64,000 nt of DNA. It comes from Bdellovibrionales bacterium (GTDB taxonomy: Bacteria; Bdellovibrionota; Bdellovibrionia; Bdellovibrionales; UBA1609). The first letter of the stretch is position 1. Every line of letters starts with the position of its first letter. Made by a program: the position numbers and the translations under genes. Below the pieces are notes generated by a model, which saw only the letters and a program-made list of their open reading frames with translations, ran no database searches and was not told where the DNA came from. This document shows positions 52,445-62,063 of this stretch, piece after piece. Where the stretch lies: assembly GCA_965203095.1 (NCBI GenBank), contig OZ241877.1:1533518-1597517 (forward strand), in the 5' to 3' direction.

Positions 52445-53146
52445 TTATAGGCTTTCTTTAAGATGAGCCGACCAATCCACTGGCTCTATTCCCTTAGATT
52501 TTAAAAACTGATTAGATTTTGAAAAATGCCGGCAAGAAAAAAAACCCCTGTCAGCTGAAAAAGGAGAAGGATGAGAGGCTTTTAAAACACAGTGTTTTGA
52601 AACATCTACAATAGCTCCTTTTTCTCCAGCAAATCGACCCCAAAGGAGGAAAACCAAATTTTCTCTCTCAGAGTTCAAGAGCTGGATGATTTTGTCAGTA
52701 AAAAGCTCCCAACCTTTGCCCTTGTGGGAACCAGCCCTTCCTGCCTCTACCGTGAGGGAGTTGTTTAAAAGCAAAACCCCTTGCCGGCACCAACTGGCCA
52801 AAAAACCATGTTCAGCTATGGGAATGCCTAAATCCTGTTTAAGCTCTTTATAAATATTTTCAAGAGAAGGGGGAATGGGGCGACCTTTTTGAACAGAAAA
52901 ACAAAGCCCGTGAGCTTGCCCCGGGCCATGATAAGGATCTTGCCCTAAGATCACCACTTTGACTTTTTCAAAAGGAGTCAGTTGTAAGGCTAAAAAATAC
53001 TCACTGCCTTTAGGGTATATTGTTTTCCCATGCTTTTTTTCCTCAAGTAAAAAAGTTTTGAGATTTTTCATGTAGTCTTTTTGAAATTCCGGCAAAAGCC
53101 GATCTCTCCATGAAGGGTCTAACTGAATTTGTGTTTGAGTTTCCAT
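52445..53146 (-). CDS. ung: Uracil-DNA glycosylase (family 1)
   Basis: The motifs GQDPYHGPGQAHGLCFSV and HPSPFSA. Confidence 0.9.
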   Translation of the reverse strand: METQTQIQLDPSWRDRLLPEFQKDYMKNLKTFLLEEKKHGKTIYPKGSEYFLALQLTPFEKVKVVILGQDPYHGPGQAHGLCFSVQKGRPIPPSLENIYKELKQDLGIPIAEHGFLASWCRQGVLLLNNSLTVEAGRAGSHKGKGWELFTDKIIQLLNSERENLVFLLWGRFAGEKGAIVDVSKHCVLKASHPSPFSADRGFFSCRHFSKSNQFLKSKGIEPVDWSAHLKESL

Positions 53147-53176
53147 AATGATTTTAATTACTGGTTTTGTTTGAAT

Positions 53177-53229
53177 TTTCCGGTCAAAACAGAGTCCAGA
53201 AGGCAGGAATTTTCAAAAAAATCAGTATA
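53177..53229 (-). repeat. R3 repeat copy 3 (inverted), immediately upstream of ung
   Basis: Its reverse complement reads TATACTGATTTTTTTGAAAATTCCTGCCTTCTGGACTCTGTTTTGACCGGAAA. Confidence 0.75.
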
Positions 53230-53340
53230 AGTAGATTATTATAAGTAAAAGCTTTTGGAGCAAGTTTTTTTTTGGATTTTTTCTTATGTTATTTGTGAAA
53301 GGGCCGTTTTTTAAAGCTGTGAGCTTTTAAGTGACTAATT

Positions 53341-53497
53341 TAGTTGTCCGTGAAAAACCTTTGTTTTTTAACTTTTTTTGTCCAAAGGACCATTCCATTT
53401 CGGGACGGCAATACCTTGGACCCTCATGGAATGGCCTTTGGACAAAAGCAGGAAAAAGAGGACGAGGCTTTTTGTCCAGCTTTTTCACGGACGACTA
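53341..53497 (+). mobile_element. R2 element copy A: TIR-bounded, MITE-like, with a 21-bp hairpin and a 29-nt loop
   Basis: TIRs are TAGTTGTCCGTGAAAAA / TTTTTCACGGACGACTA. Stem arms are at 53376-53397 and 53427-53447, and the loop is at 53398-53426. Confidence 0.7.
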
Positions 53498-53522
53498 TTT
53501 AGATACCCATGAACCTAATATT

Positions 53523-54128
53523 TCAGCCTATCAGTCTCTTTTTTAAAGAGACAAAAGGGCTATTTTTAACATAAAACCTTAAAAACCAAAAAGAGGAATC
53601 TTTATGTTGAGGGAGGCCCACCCGGCAATCTGTTTCTACATTTCTCTCTTTTTCACCTTTAGAAATATAAAGTTCTCCTTTTTGAAACAGGATTTTTGCG
53701 TTTAAAGATTTTGTGATATTGAAGGCTTGGCAAAGCTTTCCCGGTCCGGAACAGAGCTTTTCGATCTTTTCTTGTTGACGGTTGTTTTGCATTTTTAAAA
53801 GCCCCTTTAGAGGTTGAACCGCACGAATCAAAACGGCTTCTGGTTCTTCTGCCTTAGCGGTGACCACATTAAAGCAGTGATACATTCCATAAGTGAAATA
53901 AATGTAGCTGTAGCCACCGGGAAGATACATGGTTTTGGTTCGCTTTGTTCGTAAGCCTTTAAAGCTGTGGCAGGAGGGATCTTTTATTCCCAGGTAAGCC
54001 TCTGTCTCTACAATTCGTCCAACAAGTTTTTGCCCTCCATGCAGATTTCTCAGCAGGAAACAGCCCAAAAGATCTTCCGCCACCCGGACAGTGTCCCTCA
54101 TAAAAAAACTTTGTTTTAAGGGGTGCAT
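53523..54128 (-). CDS. DNA-3-methyladenine glycosylase (Mpg/AAG family)
   Basis: VAEDLLGCFL...GRIVETEAYLG..DPSCHSF...RT..M...GG.SYIYF.YGMYHCFNVV. Confidence 0.85.
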   Translation of the reverse strand: MHPLKQSFFMRDTVRVAEDLLGCFLLRNLHGGQKLVGRIVETEAYLGIKDPSCHSFKGLRTKRTKTMYLPGGYSYIYFTYGMYHCFNVVTAKAEEPEAVLIRAVQPLKGLLKMQNNRQQEKIEKLCSGPGKLCQAFNITKSLNAKILFQKGELYISKGEKERNVETDCRVGLPQHKDSSFWFLRFYVKNSPFVSLKKRLIG

Positions 54129-54274
54129 ATTTTTAATAAAATTTTGCCTTTTTCTCTTTTAAAAAACAAGTCAAAAGGAAAGAGAACATTGGTATTTTTC
54201 CAATAAAAGCTTGACATATTCTAAATAAAAAGGACTCATAATAAAAAATTGTGAGTTTTCAGATAGTTTTGTAT

Positions 54275-54411
54275 TAGTGGCCTGTGAAAAACCTCTGTCC
54301 TTTGTCGCATAAGCAAAAGCCAGCGGTGAGGGTCCAAGGTATTGCCGTCCTGAACAAGCTGGACTTTTACTTATGCGATCTATTAAATGTAGACTTTTTC
54401 ACTGACGACTA
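54275..54411 (-). mobile_element. R2 element copy C (core inverted relative to copy A)
   Basis: TIRs are TAGTGGCCTGTGAAAAA / TTTTTCACTGACGACTA. The core TGAGGGTCCAAGGTATTGCCGTCC is at 54327-54350. The stem is CGCATAAG...CCAGC / GCTGG...CTTATGCG. Confidence 0.7.
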
Positions 54412-54520
54412 TTTATAATGTGTGGCGGGGCTTTTAGGATGTGTTAAAATGAATTGCTCTTCCCTTGTTTTTTGAAAATTTCAAATGGAGATATTTTTGT
54501 AAAATTGGATTTTGCCGTTT

Positions 54521-55882
54521 ATGAAAAATGCTTATTGGCTGATTTTATTTTTTAGTTTTCCCGCTTTCTCTAAGGTGTTCATCAATATTGGTGCTCCTGC
54601 CCGAGTCCAAAAAAACCTTATTGCCATTTCTCCTTTTGTTTTAAAGAATCTCAGTTCTGATCAGGATAAGTTGGGGGAGGAGGGGGAACGGATGTCTTCT
54701 CAATTTCGTCAAAACTTAGAATTTTCTGCTTACTTTAATATTTTATCTCCTAAAGCCTTTATAGAGAACCCCGCTTTAAAGGAGCCGGTCCCTTATCCTA
54801 AAAACTCTAAAGGTTTTCGTTGGCAAAATTGGAAGCTTACCGGAACGGATTTTCTCTTTTTTGCCAACTATTCCATCAATGGGGATAGGCTTTCGCTATC
54901 CGCTTTTTTTTATAATGTTCATTCACAAAAAAAAGTTTTTAAAAAGGATTACCATGGGCTTTTGAGCCAATCTCATCAAATAGTGGATCGTTTGTCTAAT
55001 GACATTATTTATAGCCTGAGTGGGAAAAAGGGCATATTTGAGACAAAAATTTTAAGTGTTCGAAGTTTGAGTGGATCTAAAAAAGAGCTTTTTGTTATGG
55101 ATTGGAACGGGCAAAATAAAAAAAGGCTGACTTACCATCGCTCTATTGTTTTGTCTCCCGCTTGGTCGCCTAATGGAAGAAAAGTGGCTTATAGTGCTTT
55201 TGTTTATAACAAAAAACTCAGGAAGAGGGTGGCAGGGCTTTTTCTTTATGATTTTAAAAGAAATAAAATTCAGTTGTTATCTGCTAAGGAGGGATCGAGT
55301 TTGGGATCTGATTTTTTCCCCAACGGGCGACAAATGTTAGTGACTTCAAGTTCTGGCCGAGGACTGCTGGATATTTTTGTTTTGAATTTGAAATCTTTAT
55401 CCTTCCAACCTTTAACACATGGTCCACCAGGGGTTATCAATGTAGAGCCTCGTATTCACCCTCGGACAAGGGAAATTGTTTTTTCCTCTGACAGAGGAGG
55501 GAAAACCATGATTTATCTTATGAATCACCAAGGGAAAAAGCTCAGGCAAATCACTTTTGCCGGGCATTATAACTCCACTCCCGATTGGCAGGCAGAAAAA
55601 GGCAGTGTGATTTTCTCTGGTTTGTCTAAAGGGCGAATGGATCTTTTTCGAATCTCTTCTAAAGGAAAATTAAAGCGACTCACCAGGTTAAAAAAAAGAA
55701 ATGGGGGCTGGGCCAACTCTGAATCTCCAAGCATTTCACCAGATGGTCGTTTTGTTGTTTTTAGTAGTGATGTTTCAGGAACTTATCAACTTTATGTAAT
55801 GAGCTTAAATGATCTCTCTATTGAAAGAATCACCTTTGATCGCTATCATTACAAATCTCCTAAATGGTCACCTTATCTTTAA
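54521..55882 (+). CDS. tolB: TolB-like periplasmic beta-propeller protein
   Basis: A signal peptide, an N-terminal TolB-like domain, and repeated WSP(N/D)G propeller blades. Confidence 0.7.
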   Translation: MKNAYWLILFFSFPAFSKVFINIGAPARVQKNLIAISPFVLKNLSSDQDKLGEEGERMSSQFRQNLEFSAYFNILSPKAFIENPALKEPVPYPKNSKGFRWQNWKLTGTDFLFFANYSINGDRLSLSAFFYNVHSQKKVFKKDYHGLLSQSHQIVDRLSNDIIYSLSGKKGIFETKILSVRSLSGSKKELFVMDWNGQNKKRLTYHRSIVLSPAWSPNGRKVAYSAFVYNKKLRKRVAGLFLYDFKRNKIQLLSAKEGSSLGSDFFPNGRQMLVTSSSGRGLLDIFVLNLKSLSFQPLTHGPPGVINVEPRIHPRTREIVFSSDRGGKTMIYLMNHQGKKLRQITFAGHYNSTPDWQAEKGSVIFSGLSKGRMDLFRISSKGKLKRLTRLKKRNGGWANSESPSISPDGRFVVFSSDVSGTYQLYVMSLNDLSIERITFDRYHYKSPKWSPYL

Positions 55883-55919
55883 TCTATTTTAGTTCAAGAG
55901 TATTTTAGTTCCCTGTGGG

Positions 55920-57152
55920 TCAGACTTTTTCAGGATCGATCAAATAGGATTTAAAAAAAGGTGAAAAAAGTTTTTGGAAAAGTTTTTTTTGGCCAAAAAT
56001 CACGAACAAGGATGCACTAATAATAGAAATCAAAATAATGTAAAAAATCAGGTTTTGAATAAACTCTCCATGGGGATAGCCTTTTTGCAAAGGCAAAGTG
56101 GCCAGCACAGCACAGGCTAAGCCCCTTGGCCCCATGCCTGTAGCCACAAGAGCATCAAAGTAAGGGTATTTTTTTGCCGAAAAAACCAATCGGACAGCCA
56201 CATAGCGAGTGAGTAGCATAAGAACAGTCAACAAAACCGCGAGGACAAGAATGTTGGTAGAGGAAAACTGAAAGAGCATTCCCAAGTAGAGAAAGAAAAA
56301 AGTCCGTAGTAAAAATGAGATTTCTTTTAAAAGTGACATTTCGTTTTCTGTAACAGGTTTTAGATTAAACAAACCACTCAAATAATTTGGTAAAAGGTTT
56401 AAGTTGGCTAAGGCAAAACCAAAAGCCAAAATGCCTATCGGCCCGTTAAGATCAAATAGCTCGATACAGCCAAAGGTGAGAAGTGACCATGCCTCTGTGG
56501 AAAAAGGCATATCAAATAATTTTAAAAGTGTTTTTCTAAAAAAAGACCAAAGAAGGGCAGATCCCAAGCCTAAGCCGATAGAAATAAAAGGTGTAGCTCC
56601 AAAACTTAAAATAAAGGCAGAGGCATTATAATTTTTGCTGAGGACACTTTCTAAAACCGCTAAAAAAGCCACAATGGCCAAAACATCAGTGAAAGCGGAT
56701 TCTAAAGATAAAAGTGTTTTTGTATTCTCTTTGAGATTTAAAGGTTTGACCATAGGGAAGACTATAGCCGAAGAGGTGCTTCCAATACCTAAGCCAATCA
56801 GCAAAGCTGTGGGGAAACTAAAAAAAGGGGTCATGAAGGCACAAGTTAGCCCAGCAATCAGCACAAAAGAGAGAAGGGAGAGTGAAAGTGCCGGCAAACT
56901 GGATTTTAAAAGAGATCGAGCATTAAGGTGCAAGCCTCCTTCGTAAAGAATAATAATTAAGGTGACTGTGGCCAAAACCACACCCACCTGGCCTATATGT
57001 TGTTGGGTGATGACATTTAAGCCGGAGGGGCCAATGGCAAAACCGGCAATAATTAAAATCAAGAGATCAGGGATTTTTGTTTTTACAAAAACCCATTGCA
57101 AAAAATGACCTATAAAAAAAAGACCAGCTAAGCCAAGGATGGCTTTTTCCAT
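55920..57152 (-). CDS. Monovalent cation:proton antiporter (Na+/H+ exchanger family)
   Basis: 410 aa with 11-12 TM helices and a typical CPA-type N-terminus. Confidence 0.7.
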   Translation of the reverse strand: MEKAILGLAGLFFIGHFLQWVFVKTKIPDLLILIIAGFAIGPSGLNVITQQHIGQVGVVLATVTLIIILYEGGLHLNARSLLKSSLPALSLSLLSFVLIAGLTCAFMTPFFSFPTALLIGLGIGSTSSAIVFPMVKPLNLKENTKTLLSLESAFTDVLAIVAFLAVLESVLSKNYNASAFILSFGATPFISIGLGLGSALLWSFFRKTLLKLFDMPFSTEAWSLLTFGCIELFDLNGPIGILAFGFALANLNLLPNYLSGLFNLKPVTENEMSLLKEISFLLRTFFFLYLGMLFQFSSTNILVLAVLLTVLMLLTRYVAVRLVFSAKKYPYFDALVATGMGPRGLACAVLATLPLQKGYPHGEFIQNLIFYIILISIISASLFVIFGQKKLFQKLFSPFFKSYLIDPEKV

Positions 57153-57199
57153 AAAAACCCTTTTTGTTGGTTTCTATTTATTGATAAATATTTTTAAGT

Positions 57200-59533
57200 T
57201 TATTCATCTTGAACAGGGTCGATAGACATTCTATCCACATCTCTTAACTCCTCTTTGTAATTAGGACAACGGCGATCCGTAATCTTAAACGGAGTGTGTT
57301 CCTTAAGCTTGCTTAAATCCAAACCTCTGGCCTCCCAATCCACCTCCGGCAAATCCTTCCTACACTCAACAAGCTTCCTCTTACAAACCACCTCCCTCAC
57401 CAAATACTCATGTAATGTCAATATATTCGCCTTTGGCTGAATGTTCATAGGAATACAATCCCTCAACCTCAAAGGTGGAGGAAAAGGAAACTCCTTACCA
57501 CCGGTCACATCCTCATAAGTCCGATCCACAAACCTCCAAACATCATCACGACGCTCCACTGCCTTCTCCTTCGCCGCAGAAATCGCACTCTTAAAATCCT
57601 CAATCCTATCAGGAGCCTCATCTATCCACCTGTTAAACTTCTCCGATATATTCTCATTCGCTATTCTTCTCCTCCGCTCCTTCGCTTGCCTCTCAAGCCT
57701 CCGAGCCGTAGCCCCCTTAACCAAAGGATTCACACTCCTCGTCCCTTGAGCCCAACCACCTAAAGGATCAAACCTCTTAGCCCTTTGCTCTCGAGCATAC
57801 TCCTTAATATTCTTAATATCCTCCGGATGATAAATCTTAAGTTGCTCCTCTGTTAAAACCCCTTCTTCCAACAACAAAGCAATCTCCTCATCATGCTCTT
57901 TACTATTAGAACCCTCAACAGTATTCTCCTGAACAACAGGACCAGAAGGCAAAGCACCTGAAGCAGAAACTGAACTCGGATATCTGTTATTAGAATTATC
58001 CGTTCCTGAAGAAGTATCCTCTCCTCCTGAAGAACCTGGAGTAGTAGAAGTAGGAAGATTATTGGCCTGAGTAAAAGAACCTCCCCCTAAGGCCGAACAA
58101 GATTGCTGGAATATACCACCCACCTTAGCTAACCTCATAGACTCTGAAGTTTTTAAATCATTATAGGGTTTATCACAAGCCGACAAAAAAGGACTTTTTG
58201 ACGATGACAAAGCCTCTGATGATAGGGCCAAGCTAATATCCTTCCTATCAGACAAAGGCCAAACTTGTGCCACTGCCTTACTGAACTCAAGCCTCAGTTT
58301 TTTTAAAGGTTGTTCACATTGGGAGCTACTTTGTTGATAAGCTCTCCCAGAGCTACTTACAAGCTCTCCTTCGTGCATAGCCATAGCCTCCACACTATGA
58401 AGGGCAAAACAAGAAAGAAAATCTCTTTTAAAATCTTCTAACTCGGACAAACAGTTTTCAGCACATTTATCGGTAGAATCCTTGCATATATCATTTAACT
58501 GAGACAAAATACCAGACTTTGACCTTTGAAATGCAGGGCTATTTGCTTGGCACATATTACCACTGCCAGCAGTGTTTCCCGCAGTATTGTTTCCAGCAGA
58601 TAAAAAAGGTTGGACTTGGGAATTGTATTTACTCATCACTTCCTCATTGGAAAAATACTCACAACCCGCCCCAGCACAACAACTCTCCACCTCTTTTGTT
58701 TGAGATAGGCAGGTTTTAAATAAAGAGTTTTCTGAGTTAAGATTTATTTTAGATGATAGAGTAGCAATACAAGATCCTTGAGGGTCCCGGCAGGATTGTT
58801 CTGCTTTTTTATACAAATCATCTAAAGATTCAAAAAAGGATGTGAATTTTTCTTGCTGTTCAAAACAGCCGGCTTGTTTTAACTCGGACAATTTGGAACC
58901 GAAGTCACGAAGTGAGGCTTGGCCTGGATAACGGCTTGTTCTTCCATGCCCATAAAAGGCTCCCTGGGCTTTTTCGACACATTCAGCATAAAATTTATCC
59001 CATTCTGAAAAAGGTGGCCATAAATTTTGAAGAGCTGATGGAGCTGTCATATCTGCTCGCACTTCAGAAACAGATTTAAACCTTTGGATAGAGGGACTCA
59101 TTGCCAACTGATAAATATTGTTGAAACTATCAAAAATAGTTCCAGCACAGCTGTTTCTGGAATTGCGGATGCTTCGCTCCGATGTTTTTTGGTTCTCCAC
59201 AGATCTTGCCTTATTGTAATTCAACATAGCTGTTCTAAAAGAATTGTAATCATTTGAACAGGCTTTTTGAAAGGCCACACTTGCTGGAAGCTGACCATTA
59301 AAATAATAACTGGATCGCCCCGCTTGAGGATGGGCAATTTGACCAAAATGTTGGCTCAACTCATCATCCACAAAACTTTGGTATTGATTGCTTATATTAT
59401 GACTACTTGTTGCGGGAACTTGCTCAGTGTCTTCACCAGATTTAAGGGCATTACTGGCCCAAAAAGAAAGGCCCCCAATCCCCATCAAAATAAGGGGTAA
59501 TAAAAATATGGTTTTTTTTATATTGAGTTTCAT
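57200..59533 (-). CDS. Large secreted Cys/Ser/Gln-rich protein with a compositionally distinct C-terminal region
   Basis: The start is taken at the ATG after AGGGAGGAAAAC (MKLNIKKTIFLLPLILMGIGG, signal-like). I recognise no domain. Confidence 0.6.
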   Translation of the reverse strand: MKLNIKKTIFLLPLILMGIGGLSFWASNALKSGEDTEQVPATSSHNISNQYQSFVDDELSQHFGQIAHPQAGRSSYYFNGQLPASVAFQKACSNDYNSFRTAMLNYNKARSVENQKTSERSIRNSRNSCAGTIFDSFNNIYQLAMSPSIQRFKSVSEVRADMTAPSALQNLWPPFSEWDKFYAECVEKAQGAFYGHGRTSRYPGQASLRDFGSKLSELKQAGCFEQQEKFTSFFESLDDLYKKAEQSCRDPQGSCIATLSSKINLNSENSLFKTCLSQTKEVESCCAGAGCEYFSNEEVMSKYNSQVQPFLSAGNNTAGNTAGSGNMCQANSPAFQRSKSGILSQLNDICKDSTDKCAENCLSELEDFKRDFLSCFALHSVEAMAMHEGELVSSSGRAYQQSSSQCEQPLKKLRLEFSKAVAQVWPLSDRKDISLALSSEALSSSKSPFLSACDKPYNDLKTSESMRLAKVGGIFQQSCSALGGGSFTQANNLPTSTTPGSSGGEDTSSGTDNSNNRYPSSVSASGALPSGPVVQENTVEGSNSKEHDEEIALLLEEGVLTEEQLKIYHPEDIKNIKEYAREQRAKRFDPLGGWAQGTRSVNPLVKGATARRLERQAKERRRRIANENISEKFNRWIDEAPDRIEDFKSAISAAKEKAVERRDDVWRFVDRTYEDVTGGKEFPFPPPLRLRDCIPMNIQPKANILTLHEYLVREVVCKRKLVECRKDLPEVDWEARGLDLSKLKEHTPFKITDRRCPNYKEELRDVDRMSIDPVQDE

Positions 59534-59689
59534 GTTTTCCTCCCTGTTTTTATGTCTTGAAGTCATTTTCAACCACCTCTTTGAGATTTACTTAAGACTT
59601 AAACCGCCTTACATCCTAACAACTTACCAAAAAAAATCAAAGCTTTTTTTAAGTTTTTTTAAAAAAAAATCAAATCTGACAGGAGACTT

Positions 59690-59832
59690 TTCCCGTAGAC
59701 TTTGCTAAAAAGCATTATTTTTTGGTTTCTTTGCCCAAAGACCACAGCATTTCGGGACGGCAATACCTTGGACCCTCATGCTGTGGCTTTGGGCAAAAGA
59801 AGTTTAGAGGCTGTTTTTTCACAAACAAGTAT
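59690..59832 (+). mobile_element. R2 element copy B
   Basis: The hairpin is at 59729-59798. The loop (59750-59778) is identical to that of copy A. The right end TTTTTTCACAAACAAGTA is TIR-like, and the left end is degenerate. Confidence 0.65.
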
Positions 59833-59910
59833 TTAATTAAAAAACTGTTCAATCTTTAAACAGTTTTTTTAAAAAAACAGGTTTTGTTTAAAGGTTCAGC
59901 AAGTTAAAAC

Positions 59911-59939
59911 TTGACTTTTAGCTTGTTTTTAGTTATAAA
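59911..59939 (+). promoter_or_regulatory. Candidate sigma70 promoter of paralogue 1
   Basis: TTGACT, a 17-nt spacer, then TATAAA. The sequence is duplicated at 60988-61016. Confidence 0.5.
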
Positions 59940-59974
59940 TGTTTCATATTGAGGCATAAAAATAAGGAGGATTT

Positions 59975-60934
59975 ATGTTTTTAAAGCTCTTAACCTTGAT
60001 GATGATGGTTTTTACTTTAAATGCTTATGCAAACCCAGCCTGTCGGGAATGGGAGGAAGAATATCATTATTCTCCAGATTATCTCCCGGATGTTATGGGT
60101 TATGCCCGTTGCCTTATCTTTAACGGGGATAAAGAAAAGGCTTTGGCTTTTATCCAACAGCTTGACAGACAAGGTTATATTCCTGGGGTTTTTTATATGG
60201 CCAAATACATTCAGCACCAATGGAATTATGGAACAAGGGATTATGATCGTTTAGATGAAATTATAATGGCTTATCTCCGGGTAATCTCTTTAATTGAAGG
60301 GGCTTATGACTATCCCCAATTTAATGGCCAAAATTTTGATGGTGCTCTGCTCTGGTATGAGCAAACAGACAGTATGGAGCTGAACTCCCATTATCAGGTT
60401 CCTATGACTTACTTTCATAAATTTACACAAGGAGCTATCGGCATTTATAATTTATATTTAATGCAATCTCCTAATTATAGTGGAGAGAGGGATTTAAACA
60501 CTTACCCCACTTACAATTTATATACTGAGGACAGTTTGGAAAAAACCATTGAGCATGCCAACCGTTGCCTTTCCCTACCGATGAAAGATTATTTTATAGA
60601 GGAGGTCTATAGGTTTTATCAATCGGCTTGTCAGGTATTAAAAGATTCTGCCCAAGCCCTTCTGCCATTAGAGGGGGAAAGGCTGTCCCTTTTAAACAAA
60701 AGATCTTGCAGGAGTGCTTTGCCGAATTGTCAAGAGTATAATGACTTGGCTGATAGGGAAATGATTCCAATTATTGATAAAGTTTTTGATGAGTTAGATG
60801 TAATATTTGATGAGTTAAATCTATTTTTAGAAAAGAAGGGTGCTTGCTTAGAGGCAGAACTTGAAAGAAGACAAAGGCTATTTGATGAGAAGGGAATAAT
60901 CCTAACTGATGAATTTACTTGTGATATATCATAG
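59975..60934 (+). CDS. Secreted helical-repeat (Sel1/TPR-like?) protein, tandem paralogue 1
   Basis: RBS AAGGAGG. The signal peptide is MFLKLLTLMMMVFTLNAYA. The gene is near-identical to 61052-62023 over about the first 250 codons. Confidence 0.7.
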   Translation: MFLKLLTLMMMVFTLNAYANPACREWEEEYHYSPDYLPDVMGYARCLIFNGDKEKALAFIQQLDRQGYIPGVFYMAKYIQHQWNYGTRDYDRLDEIIMAYLRVISLIEGAYDYPQFNGQNFDGALLWYEQTDSMELNSHYQVPMTYFHKFTQGAIGIYNLYLMQSPNYSGERDLNTYPTYNLYTEDSLEKTIEHANRCLSLPMKDYFIEEVYRFYQSACQVLKDSAQALLPLEGERLSLLNKRSCRSALPNCQEYNDLADREMIPIIDKVFDELDVIFDELNLFLEKKGACLEAELERRQRLFDEKGIILTDEFTCDIS

Positions 60935-60987
60935 AAATTCGTTTTTTTAAAAAATAAGTTTTGTTTAAAGGTTCAGTAGGCTAAAAC

Positions 60988-61016
60988 TTGACTTTTAGCT
61001 TGTTTTTAGTTATAAA
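60988..61016 (+). promoter_or_regulatory. Candidate sigma70 promoter of paralogue 2
   Basis: TTGACT, a 17-nt spacer, then TATAAA. Confidence 0.5.
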
Positions 61017-61051
61017 TGTTTCATATTGAGGCATAAAAATAAGGAGGATTT

Positions 61052-62023
61052 ATGTTTTTAAAGCTCTTAACCTTGATGATGATGGTTTTTACTTTAAATG
61101 CTTATGCAAACCCAGCCTGTCGGGAATGGGAGGAAGAATATCATTATTCTCCAGATTATCTCCCGGATGTTATGGGTTATGCCCGTTGCCTTATCTTTAA
61201 CGGGGATAAAGAAAAGGCTTTGGCTTTTATCCAACAGCTTGACAGACAAGGTTATATTCCTGGGGTTTTTTATATGGCCAAATACATTCATAACGAATGG
61301 AATTATGGAACAAGGGATTATGATCGTTTAGATGAAATTATAATGGCTTATCTCCGGGTAATATCTTTAATTGAAGGGACTTTTGACTACCCCCGATTTA
61401 ATGGCCAAAATTTTGATGGTGCTCTGCTCTGGTATGAGCAAACAGACAGTATGGAGCTGAACTCCCATTATCAGGTTCCTATGACTTACTTTCATAAATT
61501 TACACAAGGAGCTATCGGCATTTATAATTTATATTTAATGCAATCTCCTAATTATAGTGGAGAGAGGGATTTAAACACTTACCCCACTTACAATTTATAT
61601 ACTGAGGACAGTTTGGAAAAAACCATTGAGCATGCCAACCGTTGCCTTTCCCTACCGATGAAAGATTATTTTATAGAGGAAGCCTACCGGTTTTATCAAT
61701 CAGCCTGTCAGGTGTTAAAAGATTCCGCCCAAGCCCTTTTGCCATTAGAGGGGGAAAGGTTATCTCTTTTGAACAAAAGATCTTGCAGGGATACTTTGCC
61801 GAATTGTCAAGAGTATGATGAATTGGTTAAAGAGAAAATGTTTCCGATTATTGGAGAAACTCATGATGAGTTGGATATAATATTTGACGATCTGAATCGC
61901 TTTTTTGAAGAGAAGGATGCCCGTGATGCAGAGATAAGCAGAAAATTTCAGGAAGAACTGGACGCTGTCACTTCAGATGAGGAACACCTTGAACTTTTAC
62001 GAAAATATAACCTGATTGATTAA
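61052..62023 (+). CDS. Secreted helical-repeat protein, tandem paralogue 2 (divergent C-terminus)
   Basis: The 5' region and first 250 or so codons match paralogue 1. The last 70-75 codons are diverged. Confidence 0.7.
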   Translation: MFLKLLTLMMMVFTLNAYANPACREWEEEYHYSPDYLPDVMGYARCLIFNGDKEKALAFIQQLDRQGYIPGVFYMAKYIHNEWNYGTRDYDRLDEIIMAYLRVISLIEGTFDYPRFNGQNFDGALLWYEQTDSMELNSHYQVPMTYFHKFTQGAIGIYNLYLMQSPNYSGERDLNTYPTYNLYTEDSLEKTIEHANRCLSLPMKDYFIEEAYRFYQSACQVLKDSAQALLPLEGERLSLLNKRSCRDTLPNCQEYDELVKEKMFPIIGETHDELDIIFDDLNRFFEEKDARDAEISRKFQEELDAVTSDEEHLELLRKYNLID

Positions 62024-62063
62024 ATTATTTTGATATTGAGAAACTTGGCTTTCCTGCCTCAAC

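Noticed and set aside
53331-53546. ORF 53331..53546 (+), and likewise 36652..36846 (-), 12514..12726 (+) and 12435..12662 (-), as genes
   Set aside because: Each lies entirely on R2, R1 or R3 repeat DNA in intergenic space. None has an RBS, and their sequences track the repeat consensus rather than coding constraints.
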